Shown here one piece after another: positions 1 to 11,858 of a DNA stretch of 64,000 nt. The notes beneath the pieces are model-generated. The model ran no database searches and was not told the origin of the DNA. It saw only the letters and a list, made by a program, of their open reading frames with translations. The stretch comes from Candidatus Krumholzibacteriota bacterium (GTDB lineage Bacteria > Krumholzibacteriota > Krumholzibacteriia > JAJRXK01). Both the position numbers and the translations under genes were made by a program. Location of the stretch: positions 1 to 64,000 of the forward strand of contig CAWDWO010000024.1 of the NCBI GenBank assembly GCA_963806035.1. Reading direction: 5' to 3'. Each line of letters opens with the position of its first letter. Positions within the stretch are counted from its first letter, which is position 1.

Positions 1-191
1 CGACCGTGGTTCAGGTGGGGAGTTTCATTCTCAAGACCATCTTCTTCTCCTGGCTCTTCATCTGGGTTCGTTGGACGCTTCCCCGCTTCCGCTACGATCA
101 ACTCATGAAACTCGGCTGGAAGATCATGCTTCCTCTGGGCCTCTTGAACTTCTTCGTGACCGCGGCCGTCGTGCTGCTGGCCCACTCGTAG
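1..191 (+). CDS. nuoH: NADH-quinone oxidoreductase subunit H, C-terminal part (5' end truncated by the window)
   Basis: [20 protein letters not shown] signature of the NuoH/ND1 C-terminus; directly upstream of nuoI. Confidence 0.95.
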   Translation, partial: TVVQVGSFILKTIFFSWLFIWVRWTLPRFRYDQLMKLGWKIMLPLGLLNFFVTAAVVLLAHS

Positions 192-203
192 GAGGCCGAC
201 CGT

Positions 204-725
204 ATGCCGTACTCGATCCACGGACCAGAAGCCAAGACCGGAGGGCGCGGCGCGAAGATGCGCGGCGCGGAAATCTGGTATCTGAAAGAGATCCTGAAAG
301 GGATGTACATCACCGCACGCCATCTCGTGACGAACATCTTTCACATGAGCGAGATGCCGACCCTGCAGTATCCCGAAGAGAAACCCAACTATGGCCCGTG
401 GCTGCGTAGCCGGCACCGCCTGATGAAGAGGGAAGACGGTTTGCCGCGTTGCGTGGCCTGTCAGATGTGCTCTACCGTGTGCCCGGCCGACTGTATCGAC
501 ATCGTGGCCATGGCCGACGACCGCAACGACGTGGAGAAGCGTCCCAAGTCCTTCGACATCGATCTCCTTCGCTGCGTCTACTGCGCCATGTGCGTGGAGG
601 CCTGTCCATGCGACGCGATTCGAATGGACACCGGAATCTTCGAGATCGCCGCGGACTCGCGCGAGAAGTTCGTGGTCGATTTGGACTTCCTGCTCAACAA
701 CACCACTGATGGGGTGAAGTCCTGA
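204..725 (+). CDS. nuoI: NADH-quinone oxidoreductase subunit I (2x[4Fe-4S])
   Basis: CVACQMCSTVCP and CVYCAMCVEACP motifs; TLQYPEEK; GGAGG RBS. Confidence 0.95.
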   Translation: MPYSIHGPEAKTGGRGAKMRGAEIWYLKEILKGMYITARHLVTNIFHMSEMPTLQYPEEKPNYGPWLRSRHRLMKREDGLPRCVACQMCSTVCPADCIDIVAMADDRNDVEKRPKSFDIDLLRCVYCAMCVEACPCDAIRMDTGIFEIAADSREKFVVDLDFLLNNTTDGVKS

Positions 726-1255
726 TGCATGCCGTCATGTTCTACATTTTCGCCACGCTCTCGGTGATCTGCGCCCTGGCCATGGTCACCCGGCGCGATG
801 CCGTCACCTCGGTGTTTTGGCTCATCGCGTGTTTTTTGAACGTGGCCGGGATCTTCGCCACCCTCACTGCGCACTTCCTGGCGGTGCTCCAGGTTCTGAT
901 CTACGCCGGGGCGATCATGGTGTTCTTCCTCTTCGTCACCATGTTCCTGGGTGACTCCAGTCGCATCAAGGTTTCGCGCGGCCGCCTGGTGCCGATCCTG
1001 GCCGTGGTCACGGTGCTCGCTTTCACCGCGCTTCTCGGCAAGCTGGTGGGGAGCGACCCGCGGCAGATGGGCCCGGTCGCGGCCAGCTACGGCACGGTGA
1101 ATGCGGTCAGCCAGAAGCTGCTCGTCGACTATCTGTTCCTCTTCGAGGTCGCAGGCCTGCTCCTGCTGGTTGCAGTCATCGGCGCGGTCTACATCGCGCG
1201 CAAGCGGCCCATTCCGCAGCTGGAAGACGGTTCGAGAGAGGGAGGGGAGTCCTGA
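725..1255 (+). CDS. nuoJ: NADH-quinone oxidoreductase subunit J
   Basis: QVLIYAGAIMVFFLFVTM and FEVAGLLLLVAVIGA motifs; operon order. Confidence 0.95.
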   Translation: MHAVMFYIFATLSVICALAMVTRRDAVTSVFWLIACFLNVAGIFATLTAHFLAVLQVLIYAGAIMVFFLFVTMFLGDSSRIKVSRGRLVPILAVVTVLAFTALLGKLVGSDPRQMGPVAASYGTVNAVSQKLLVDYLFLFEVAGLLLLVAVIGAVYIARKRPIPQLEDGSREGGES

Positions 1256-1256
1256 G

Positions 1257-1562
1257 ATGAGCATCGGTCTGAACCACTACCTCATCCTCTCCGCACTGCT
1301 GTTCGCGATCGGCGTGGCCGGGGTGATCTTCCGGCGCAACGCTCTGGTGATGTTCCTGTCGATCGAGCTGATGCTCACCGGGGCCAACGTCAGCATTCTG
1401 GCTTTCAGCCGTTATCTGGGTGACCATACCGGCCACGTTCTGGTGCTCTTCGTTCTGGCCGTCGCGGCGGCTGAAGCAGCGGTGGGGCTGGCGATTCTCG
1501 TCGAGATCTTCCGCAAACGTGACACGGTGGATGTCGATCACTTCCGCCAACTGATGGAGTAG
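1257..1562 (+). CDS. nuoK: NADH-quinone oxidoreductase subunit K
   Basis: MSIGLNHYLILSALLFAIG, SIELML and AAAEAAVGLA motifs; ATG at 1257 after a GGAG RBS. Confidence 0.95.
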   Translation: MSIGLNHYLILSALLFAIGVAGVIFRRNALVMFLSIELMLTGANVSILAFSRYLGDHTGHVLVLFVLAVAAAEAAVGLAILVEIFRKRDTVDVDHFRQLME

Positions 1563-1565
1563 AGC

Positions 1566-3578
<2,013 letters not shown>

Positions 3579-3587
3579 GAAGGGAAG

Positions 3588-5168
3588 ATGGAAGCGATTG
3601 CAAATCATCTCCTCAGTTGGGTGATCTTCCTGCCCTTGCTCGGAGTCATTCCACTCCTCGTTCTGCCGCGCGGCTGCGACAAGAGCGCCAAGCTGGTTGC
3701 CGCCCTCGTTTTGCTCCTGGATTTCCTTTTGAGTTTGAAGCTTCTGAGCGGTTTCGAACCCGGGGTTGGATTCCGCTTCGTGGAAAACTACAACTGGATT
3801 CCGCGCCTGGGGATCCACTACGCGCTGGGTCTGGACGGCATCAGCCTCTGGCTGATCCTGCTCACCACTTTTCTGGGACCGATCCTGGTCGTCTCCACCT
3901 GGAATGCGGTGCAGGAGCGAGTGCGCGAGTTCATGGTATTTCTGCTGCTGCTTCAGACCGCGATGCTCGGCACTTTCTGCGCCACCGACATGGTGCTCTT
4001 CTACGTGTTCTGGGAGGCCATGCTCATCCCGATGGCACTGATCATCGGCATCTGGGGCGGCAAGCGACGCATCTACGCCTCGGTGAAGTTCTTCCTGTAC
4101 ACTTTCGCGGGCAGCGTGTTGATGCTCGCCGCCATTCTGTACATGTACAAGGCGGGCGCCGGTTCGTTCTCCTGGTTCGCATTTCGGAACTTGCCCCTGA
4201 GCGCGACGCAGCAGGCCTGGCTCTTCGGCGCGTTCACCGTGGCCTTCGCCATCAAGGTGCCCGTCTTTCCGCTGCATACCTGGCTGCCCGACGCACACGT
4301 CGAGGCGCCCACCGTGGGTTCGGTGGTGCTTGCCGGAGTGCTGCTGAAGATGGGAACCTATGGACTGGTGCGCTTCGCCATTCCCTTCTTCCCGCTGGCC
4401 GTCGCCCACTTCGCTCCGCTCCTCTGTGTTCTGGCCGTCATCGGGATCGTCTACGGCGCCCTGGTAGCCATGGTGCAGAAGGACGTCAAGCGTCTGGTGG
4501 CGTATTCGTCGGTGAGTCATCTCGGCTTCGTGGTGCTGGGACTCTTCGCTCTGACCGTCGAGTCGATGTCCGGCGCGGTCTTCGTGATGTTGAGCCACGG
4601 ACTGGCCACGGGCAGCCTCTTCTTGCTCGTGGGTTTCATCTATGAACGACGACACACGCGCGAAATCACCGAGTTCGGAGGGATCGCGCGCGTGATGCCC
4701 CTGTACGCCACGGCTTTCATGATCGCGACCTTGGCCAGCGTGGGACTTCCCGGACTCTCGGGTTTCGTGGGGGAGTTCTTGGTCCTGGTGGGCGCCTTCA
4801 AGAGTCTGAGCCTGAATTGGGCCATGGGCTTCGCGGTGATCGCCGCCCTGGGGGTCATTCTCGGGGCTCTCTACATGCTGTGGATGTATCAGCGCGTGTT
4901 CTTTGGTGAATGCACCAACTCCAAGAACCAGGGCCTGAAGGACCTCAGCTGGCGCGAGGTCCTCGTGATGGTTCCCCTGTTCTTCTTCATTCTGTGGATG
5001 GGCGTGCAGCCCGCTCCCTGGCTGAAGAAGATGGAGCCCGACCTGCGCGCGGTCATCCAGTATCAGCAGCGTGAGGTGGCGCGGGCGGACGCAAAGGGAC
5101 AGCTGAAGTGGGCCGAGCTGAACGAGCGGGCCCCGGGATCCGTGGCAGGGCAGGAGGTGGGACGATGA
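3588..5168 (+). CDS. nuoM: NADH-quinone oxidoreductase subunit M
   Basis: FAIKVPVFPLHTWLPDAHVEAPT, LLKMGTYG and GLPGLSGFVGEFL motifs. Confidence 0.97.
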   Translation: MEAIANHLLSWVIFLPLLGVIPLLVLPRGCDKSAKLVAALVLLLDFLLSLKLLSGFEPGVGFRFVENYNWIPRLGIHYALGLDGISLWLILLTTFLGPILVVSTWNAVQERVREFMVFLLLLQTAMLGTFCATDMVLFYVFWEAMLIPMALIIGIWGGKRRIYASVKFFLYTFAGSVLMLAAILYMYKAGAGSFSWFAFRNLPLSATQQAWLFGAFTVAFAIKVPVFPLHTWLPDAHVEAPTVGSVVLAGVLLKMGTYGLVRFAIPFFPLAVAHFAPLLCVLAVIGIVYGALVAMVQKDVKRLVAYSSVSHLGFVVLGLFALTVESMSGAVFVMLSHGLATGSLFLLVGFIYERRHTREITEFGGIARVMPLYATAFMIATLASVGLPGLSGFVGEFLVLVGAFKSLSLNWAMGFAVIAALGVILGALYMLWMYQRVFFGECTNSKNQGLKDLSWREVLVMVPLFFFILWMGVQPAPWLKKMEPDLRAVIQYQQREVARADAKGQLKWAELNERAPGSVAGQEVGR

Positions 5169-6631
5169 GCTGGTCCGAGCTGATGCAGATCACTCCCATT
5201 TTGTGGCTGGTCGTCGGTGGCGTGGTCGTCCTCATGGTCGAGGCATTTTGGCCCCGGCGCGAGAGCGACCATCTCTCGATTTTGTCGGCGGTGTTTCTGG
5301 TGCTCGCCGGGCTCGCCGCGAACTCCTCGATCGTGCACCCGGGAAGCAATCTCTTTCACGGGGTCATTCGCGCCGATGCCTACTCTTCTTTCTTCGACCT
5401 CGTCTTCGTTCTGACCGGCCTGCTCACGGTGAGCCTGGGCGCGGTGTACTTGCGCCGTCAGATGCGCCCCATGCCCGAGTTCTATCCCCTCATCCTGTTC
5501 GCGACCGCGGGCATGATGTTGCTGGCCTCCTCGACCGATCTCGTTTCGATCTTCCTCTCGCTCGAGTTGATGTCGATCGGGGTCTACGTCTTGGCTGCCC
5601 TGCAGCGCGACTCCATCCACAGTCAGGAAGCGGGATTCAAGTACCTCATCCTGGGGGCCTTCGCCTCGGCCTTTCTGCTCTACGGCATCGGCTTGATCTA
5701 CGGGACCACCGGGACCACGCAGCTGGAAGTGCTCGGCGCGCGCATGGGCGGCAACCTCGCGCTGCGCTCCAACCCCGTGTTCTGGGCGGGTTGGGGTTTG
5801 CTGGTCGTGGGGCTGGGATTCAAGATCGCCATGGTGCCCTTCCACCAGTGGACACCGGACGTTTACGCCGGCGCGCCGGCGCCGGTGTCGGGTTACATGG
5901 CGGCTGGAGTCAAGGCAGCCGCTTTCGCGGTGCTGTTGCGCGTGGTGTGGACCGGCTTGCCGGTGGTGAGCGAGAAGCTGGGTCCCTTGCTCATCGCCTT
6001 CTCCATTCTCACCATGACTTTCGGAAACATCGTCGCTTTGGCTCAGAGCAATCTCAAACGAATGCTGGCCTACAGCGCCATCGCCCACGCCGGCTATCTG
6101 CTCTTGGGCGTTCTGGCGGTGGGCCCGGAGACGCATGACGCGGCCACCAGCGGGATTCTCTTCTACCTCGCGGTCTATGCCTTGATGAACATCGGAGCCT
6201 TCGGCGCCATCACTTTCGTGAGCCGAAGCCGGGGCGAGCGCATGCAGCTGCACGGCTTCGCCGGCTTGGCCAAGCGCCATCCCTGGGTGAGTCTGTACTT
6301 GACCATCTGCATGCTGAGTCTGGCCGGAGTTCCTCCCACCGCCGGATTCTGGGGCAAGTTCTACGTTTTCGGGGCGGTCATTTCCAAGGGGATGATCGGC
6401 CTGGCCATCGTGGCGCTCTTGAATAGCGCGGTGGCGGCTTACTACTACCTGCGCGTCGTCGTCTATCTGTACATGAAGTCTCCCGAGGACGAGGCCTACA
6501 TCGGGGATGATGTGCAGGCCGCAGCCGCGATGGGTGTCGCGGCGGTGCTGCTGCTCTGGATCGGATTGTTCCCCTCGTCGGTGGCCGACCTGGCCCGCCT
6601 CGGAGCCGCGGCGCTGGCGCGGACTTTCTGA
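5165..6631 (+). CDS. nuoN: NADH-quinone oxidoreductase subunit N
   Basis: FKIAMVPFHQWTPDVYAGAP, LKRMLAYSAIAHAGY and SLAGVPPTAGFWGK motifs; ATGA overlap with the nuoM stop. Confidence 0.96.
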   Translation: MSWSELMQITPILWLVVGGVVVLMVEAFWPRRESDHLSILSAVFLVLAGLAANSSIVHPGSNLFHGVIRADAYSSFFDLVFVLTGLLTVSLGAVYLRRQMRPMPEFYPLILFATAGMMLLASSTDLVSIFLSLELMSIGVYVLAALQRDSIHSQEAGFKYLILGAFASAFLLYGIGLIYGTTGTTQLEVLGARMGGNLALRSNPVFWAGWGLLVVGLGFKIAMVPFHQWTPDVYAGAPAPVSGYMAAGVKAAAFAVLLRVVWTGLPVVSEKLGPLLIAFSILTMTFGNIVALAQSNLKRMLAYSAIAHAGYLLLGVLAVGPETHDAATSGILFYLAVYALMNIGAFGAITFVSRSRGERMQLHGFAGLAKRHPWVSLYLTICMLSLAGVPPTAGFWGKFYVFGAVISKGMIGLAIVALLNSAVAAYYYLRVVVYLYMKSPEDEAYIGDDVQAAAAMGVAAVLLLWIGLFPSSVADLARLGAAALARTF

Positions 6632-6702
6632 GGATTGGCCGAAGGTGTGGGCGCGGACTTTCTGAGGGTCGACTGACGGCGCTGGCGCGGACTTTTCAAG
6701 GG
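6610..6702. repeat. Three imperfect direct repeats, 34-bp period, copying the nuoN 3' end
   Basis: Core GCGCGGACTTT(CTG/TCA)AGG starts at 6617, 6651 and 6685. Confidence 0.8.
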
Positions 6703-6711
6703 GCAAACACT

Positions 6712-8727
6712 TTGCGTCTTTCTTCCGATCGTGGCGGAGTCGTCTCGCTTCTCCGGGTGCTTCCTCTGATCGGACTGTGCGGCGTGCTGCTCGGCGCGGC
6801 CGAGTGCTTCTATCATCACAGCGGTCCGCCTCCCATCGGCCATCTGCGAGAAGACGGTGCATCCTGGCTGGGCATCATGGGCCTGCAGGCACTCTTGTTC
6901 CTGTTGCCCGCGGTGCTGTTCGTATTCGCGCGAAAAGCGCTTCGCGGGGCAGCAGGGCACGGTGCGACGGGGGCGGGGCGCGGCGCATTGTATGCGCTCT
7001 GGTTGATCGCGCTCTTGCCCACCCTGTGGGTCGACCTCGACTACCTGGCTCGCTTTTCCCACTGGCCAGTCCTGAGCTATCACCACCCGACTCTCTTCGC
7101 TTGGGAGTGCTTTCTCCTGGCGCTGGTCGTCGCTTTGGCCGTTTCCTTCCCCGCTGCTTCACTCAGCCGGTTCTGGCTGCGCTGGACCGGGGCACGGCTA
7201 AGGGAGCTGGTATGGATCCGAGCGCTGCCGGTGGGGCTCGTCGTGCTCATCGGCGCCGCTCTGTTTTCCCTGCGTGCTCCCGCCACGAAACACAGCAGCG
7301 CTTCGGCACCTGAGGATGCCCCGAATCTGCTGCTCTTCACCGTGGATACCCTGCGGGAGGATGCGCTGGGAGCTTACGGAGGTCCCTCGACTCCCGGTTT
7401 CGACGCCTGGATTTCTCAAGGGGTGCGCTGTGAAGGTTTCAGCTGCGCGCCATGGACCAGGCCCAGCTTCGCCTCCCTGTTCTCGGCCGTCGCTCCCACC
7501 GGGCATGGAGCCAATCGCGAACGCGGGGTCTCTCCCGAGGTCTCGTGGTGGCCGGAGGTCCTGGAGCAACGCGGCTGGCACACGCGCGCCTACGTGAGCA
7601 ACCCGCACCTGGAGGCGGGATTGGGTTTCGCGCGCGGCTTCGACTTCTTCGATCACGCCGGGCATCTGGAACGCCTGGAGTCGGTGGAACAGATGATCTG
7701 GATTCGCACCCTGCACCGGCACCTGCAGGAGAGACTGGAACGGGGGGACCGGATCATCGCCAAGGCCGTGAAGTGGCTAAGACAGCCGGAGTCCCAGCAG
7801 GGACCGTGGTTGCTGTGGGTCCACGTGATCGACCCGCACCTGCCGTATCATCTGCGCGGACCAGAGGGCCAGCTGCGCGATGCGCATCCCGGGCCCTGGT
7901 TGACGCCCCTGAAGCCTTTCCTCTCGCACGGCGCGGTGCGAGAACTCGCTGATGTTCGTAGCGCCATCGACACCCTGAGCGACGCGCAGAAGTCGGCCCT
8001 GCACGAACTCTACGGGCGCGAGGTCAAGTTCTTGGATCGCCAGGTGACGTCGCTCTTGGAGGCCGCCCAGGCCGCTTCGATCGACCGCCCCCTGCTGTGG
8101 GTGCTGGCCAGCGATCACGGCGAGGAGTTCTTCGAACACGGAGGCTTCGAACACGGGCACACTCTCTACGGGGAACTTCTGCGGGTTCCTTTGGCCTTCG
8201 GGGGGCTCGATCTGCCCGAACACGCCAGCGCGGGCGGCATGAAACTCTCGGATGTCGGTCCCACGGTGCTTTCGCTCTGCAAGCTTCCGCCGATGCCCCT
8301 GCACGGAATGGCGATCGAGGCAGTGGACTCGACACTCGCTCCCTACGTCTTCGGACAAAACCGCAGTCAGATCTTGCGCGGAGCCGAGCCCGCGGCACAG
8401 AGCGAAGACCCCGCAACGAGCGAGTGCGCGCCGCCACCGCTCTTGGCGGAAGATCTCCTCTATGGTCCGGCGCGCAGCCGTTTCATCTTCGCGGGGGGAA
8501 GGGGACTGCTGCGCGATGACGAGTCCTTGGAGTACTCGCGCATCGACGCGTGCGGTAGTCAGGCCGAGGTGGACTCGACTCTATCGGCCACCGATCTGGA
8601 CCCGCGGGAGCGCGCCCTGCTGGATGCCCTGGATCACTGGAGATATGAGGCCGGCAAGATTCCCCACGAGATCATCCACGATCCCGCGCTGCGCGCGCGC
8701 CTGCGCTCCTTGGGCTACGTCAACTAG
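6712..8727 (+). CDS. Membrane-anchored sulfatase-like hydrolase/transferase (alkaline phosphatase superfamily)
   Basis: N-terminal TM helices; PNLLLFTVDTLRED, PWTRPSFASL, DPHLPY, SDHGEEF and LRVPL motifs; C-terminal LRSLGYV; start uncertain. Confidence 0.8.
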   Translation: MRLSSDRGGVVSLLRVLPLIGLCGVLLGAAECFYHHSGPPPIGHLREDGASWLGIMGLQALLFLLPAVLFVFARKALRGAAGHGATGAGRGALYALWLIALLPTLWVDLDYLARFSHWPVLSYHHPTLFAWECFLLALVVALAVSFPAASLSRFWLRWTGARLRELVWIRALPVGLVVLIGAALFSLRAPATKHSSASAPEDAPNLLLFTVDTLREDALGAYGGPSTPGFDAWISQGVRCEGFSCAPWTRPSFASLFSAVAPTGHGANRERGVSPEVSWWPEVLEQRGWHTRAYVSNPHLEAGLGFARGFDFFDHAGHLERLESVEQMIWIRTLHRHLQERLERGDRIIAKAVKWLRQPESQQGPWLLWVHVIDPHLPYHLRGPEGQLRDAHPGPWLTPLKPFLSHGAVRELADVRSAIDTLSDAQKSALHELYGREVKFLDRQVTSLLEAAQAASIDRPLLWVLASDHGEEFFEHGGFEHGHTLYGELLRVPLAFGGLDLPEHASAGGMKLSDVGPTVLSLCKLPPMPLHGMAIEAVDSTLAPYVFGQNRSQILRGAEPAAQSEDPATSECAPPPLLAEDLLYGPARSRFIFAGGRGLLRDDESLEYSRIDACGSQAEVDSTLSATDLDPRERALLDALDHWRYEAGKIPHEIIHDPALRARLRSLGYVN

Positions 8728-8744
8728 AACCCGGTAACTCGAGC

Positions 8745-10376
8745 ATGAGACGAAACGATCGGACATGGCTTCTGCTGCAGCTTGCCGGGGCAATCCTGGT
8801 GGCGGTGCTGCCGCTCCTTCTCTCTCGCTCTGATCCTCTGCGCGATTTGCCCTCGCTGGCGGGCGGCCTCGATCCCCTCTTGCAGTGCGGCATTCTGCAG
8901 TGGGTGCTGCGGCACGCTCCCCTGCACGAGAGCGCCTGGCAGGCCCCGTTCTTCTGGCCGGCGCCCTGGAGCCTGGCCTACATGGACACGCTCTTCGGAC
9001 AGTCGCTTCTGATTCGACTTCTGCCGGGAATGAAAGTGTTACCGGCGCTCGCCTACAATCTCTGTCTGTGCGGCACCCTGTTCCTGGCTTTTCTGGCCGC
9101 GGTTCGTTTGGCCCGGGAATTGGCCCTGGACCGCGCGGCAGCGCTCCTGGCCGCCTTCGTCTTTACCGTGGGTCCTCAAGCGGCCGGCCACTATCACCAT
9201 CTCAATCAGCTGCCCAGCCCCTGGCTGCCCGCCGCGCTCTATGGTCTTTTGCGCGTCTCTCGCGGCCGTTGGGACGGACTGCTGGTGTTCGCGCTCGCGG
9301 TGGCCATGCAACCCCTTTGGGGCTTTTACAATCTGGCTTCGCTGTGGATGAGCGTGCTCCTCGCCGTTCTCTTCTTGCTGCCCACTCTGCGCGGCAGGGC
9401 AGCTTTGGTGCTGGTGTTTCTTTTGGCGGGCGGACTTCTGTGGGCTCGGTACAGCGGCGTTCCCTACGAGCACGCGGCCGATGCGGTGGCCGGCTTCGTG
9501 CGCGGACCGGAATCGGTGGGGCCTTTCGCGGGCCGTCCTTTCGACCTCTTGCATCCCCCGGCCGTCCATCTCTTGCCCTGGCCCGAGGCGCTGCCGGGCC
9601 GGCCGGTGCTCTACGCGGGGCTCTTGTGGCCCCTGGTGGCGCTGTGGGGCTTTGTGAGAGCCCTGCGCGGCGCGAAGACGAAATCCCCTTCGCGCTCGAT
9701 GTGGTGGGCCCTGGCGGCGGCGAGCTTCTGCGGATTGCTGCTCGCCTTCGGCCGCAGCATGCCCTTGCCCGGACTGGGTGAGCTTCCGCTGCCCCTGGCC
9801 TGGCTCCAGGACCGCTTCTGGGCCCTGCAATCTCTGCGAGCCCCCACCCGTCTCTTTTTGCCGGGAAGCCTCTTTCTGGCTCTCGCGGGCAGCTACGCGG
9901 CCATGCAGTGGCGCAGCTCGGGCATGCCCCGCCCGGCGCGTCTCTCGTTGATGGCCTTCTTGCTTCTCGCGCTCTTCGATCTCATGCCCGGTTCCCTACA
10001 GCGAGTGCGGGCACAACCCGATGGTGAAGAGCAGGCCTTGCTCTCCGCTCTCTCCAGTGATACGGACAAAGGAGCGTGGATCGCGCTGCCCACTCCCTGC
10101 AACGAAGAGGGGGAGACGGCGCTGGACGCGAGGTGCATGCTCTGGTCGGCCCTGAGCGGACGCCCGGTGGCCGGTGGCAGCAGCGGCTTCGTTCCCATGG
10201 AAGTTCGTCGGCTGCGACGCTCCTGTTGCCGGGGGATGAACGAGTACTGCGTGGCCGATCTGAAGCGCGACGGAGTGAAGGAAGTCGTGGTGGCGCGCGG
10301 GATGACGGGCTCGCTGGAGGGATGGGGCACTCCCCTCTGGCGCGGGAAACGTCTCGAACTGTGGCGGCTGAAGTGA
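8745..10376 (+). CDS. Polytopic membrane protein, GT-C/YfhO-like glycosyltransferase-like
   Basis: Many TM segments; GLDPLLQ..IL.W, APFFWPAPWSLAYMD, LRAPTR and GGSSGFVP motifs resemble GT-C-like proteins. Confidence 0.55.
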   Translation: MRRNDRTWLLLQLAGAILVAVLPLLLSRSDPLRDLPSLAGGLDPLLQCGILQWVLRHAPLHESAWQAPFFWPAPWSLAYMDTLFGQSLLIRLLPGMKVLPALAYNLCLCGTLFLAFLAAVRLARELALDRAAALLAAFVFTVGPQAAGHYHHLNQLPSPWLPAALYGLLRVSRGRWDGLLVFALAVAMQPLWGFYNLASLWMSVLLAVLFLLPTLRGRAALVLVFLLAGGLLWARYSGVPYEHAADAVAGFVRGPESVGPFAGRPFDLLHPPAVHLLPWPEALPGRPVLYAGLLWPLVALWGFVRALRGAKTKSPSRSMWWALAAASFCGLLLAFGRSMPLPGLGELPLPLAWLQDRFWALQSLRAPTRLFLPGSLFLALAGSYAAMQWRSSGMPRPARLSLMAFLLLALFDLMPGSLQRVRAQPDGEEQALLSALSSDTDKGAWIALPTPCNEEGETALDARCMLWSALSGRPVAGGSSGFVPMEVRRLRRSCCRGMNEYCVADLKRDGVKEVVVARGMTGSLEGWGTPLWRGKRLELWRLK

Positions 10377-10947
10377 ACTTGAGTGAGCATCAGTTACGAG
10401 TTCTCTTGCGGCGGGCGGCGCGCGTTTGTGTGGCGTGTCTGCGCGGTGAAGAAGTGCGCCAAGAGAACTGTCCCGATGCGCAACTCGAAGCGAAGGGCGG
10501 CGCCTTCGTCACGCTCACGCGCAAGGGCGCGCTCGCCGGCTGCATCGGCTATCTCGATTCTCCCCTTCTGTGGTGACGGTGGCCGAGGCGGCGCGGGCCG
10601 CCGCGCTCGAGGATTCGCGTTTCGAGAGAACGCCGGCTCATGCTCTATCAGAACTCGAAATCGAGCTCTCCGTTCTCAGTGAGAGCCAACAGATTGCGCC
10701 CGAAGAGATCGAGCTGGGACGGCACGGCTTGATTCTCAGTTGCGGCGGCCGTCGCGGACTGCTTCTGCCGCAAGTCGCGAGCGAACACGGTCTGGATCGC
10801 GAGGGTTTCTTGCATGCTCTGACGCGGAAGGCCGGATTGCCGCCGCGAGCCTATGAGCGCGCGGACTGCAGGCTCGAGGCCTTCGAGGCCCAGTTGGCCA
10901 AGGGAGCTCTGCTGGCTCTGTGCGAAGAAGAAGAGAATGGGGGTTGA
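10373..10947 (+). CDS. amrA: AmmeMemoRadiSam system protein A (AMMECR1 family), frameshift at ~10572
   Basis: GAFVTL...LAGCIG in one frame; AALEDSRF, IELSVLS, GLLLPQVA and KAGL in the next; GTG start overlaps the upstream TGA. Confidence 0.85.
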
Positions 10948-11828
10948 GAAAGCGATGGGCAGTGGCGCGGAATTCCGCTCATCCTTGAGAGAGCTCGTTC
11001 TTATCGCGGGACGCGAGGTCACACGTGCGCGCAAGAACCTGAAAGTGACCAGCAAGGGTCCGGTGGATCTGGTCACCGAAGTCGACCTGCGCATCGAAGA
11101 GATTTTGGTGAAGGGACTGCGCCAGCGCTTTCCCTCGTGGTCGGTTTTCAGCGAAGAGGGGAGTGCGCGCGATGAGGTGGAGGGAAAGGACTGCTGGTAC
11201 GTGGATCCTCTCGACGGCACCACCAATTTCGTCCATGGCCATCCCTTTCACGCGATCTCCATCGGCGGCTGGCGCAAAGGTGTTCCGGTGGCCGGGGTGG
11301 TCTACGCTCCGGCGATGGACGAACTGTTCCTGGCGACGCGGGGTGAGGGGGCGAGCCTGGAAAACCCGCGTGGCCGCCGCAAGCCCCGCCCGCTGAAGCT
11401 GCGCCCCTGCCAACTTGAAGGAATCTCTGCTCGCCACCGGTTTTCCCTATCAGCGCGATGCCACCTGCCGCATGAACCTCCGTTGCGTGGCCGAGGCCCT
11501 GGCTAAAGCGCAGGGGATACGGCGTGGCGGCAGCGCGGCCCTCGATCTGTGCTACCTGGCAGCAGGGCGACTCGACGGCTTTTGGGAAGCCACGCTCAAG
11601 CCCTGGGACGTGGCGGCGGGCGCCCTGATCGCCCGGGAGGCGGGAGCGCGGGTCAGCGACTATCGGGGAGAGGACGATTTTTTGTGGGGGGGACGCATCG
11701 CGGCGGCCGGTCCCGAGCTGCACCCGCAGCTCTTGGGCCTCTTGCGCGAGGCGCACCAGCAGCCGGAACGCTGGCCTCTGGGCGAGCCGTTCTCGGGGCC
11801 GGTTCCCCTGCACCAAGCTGAGGCTTGA
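10937..11828 (+). CDS. suhB: Inositol monophosphatase family protein, frameshift at ~11410
   Basis: DLVTEVD, SEE and WYVDPLDGTTNFVHG; after the shift ATGFPY, RRGGSAALDLC and KPWDVAAG. Confidence 0.88.
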
Positions 11829-11858
11829 CCCCTTCCGCTCCTCCGTTACACTTCCGCA

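Noticed and set aside
6610..6702. Mini-CRISPR or attachment site after nuoN
   Set aside because: Only three short copies derived from the nuoN 3' end; no integrase or cas genes
10570..10576. Selenocysteine or stop read-through at the TGA in amrA
   Set aside because: The continuation is in another frame; a missing G explains it
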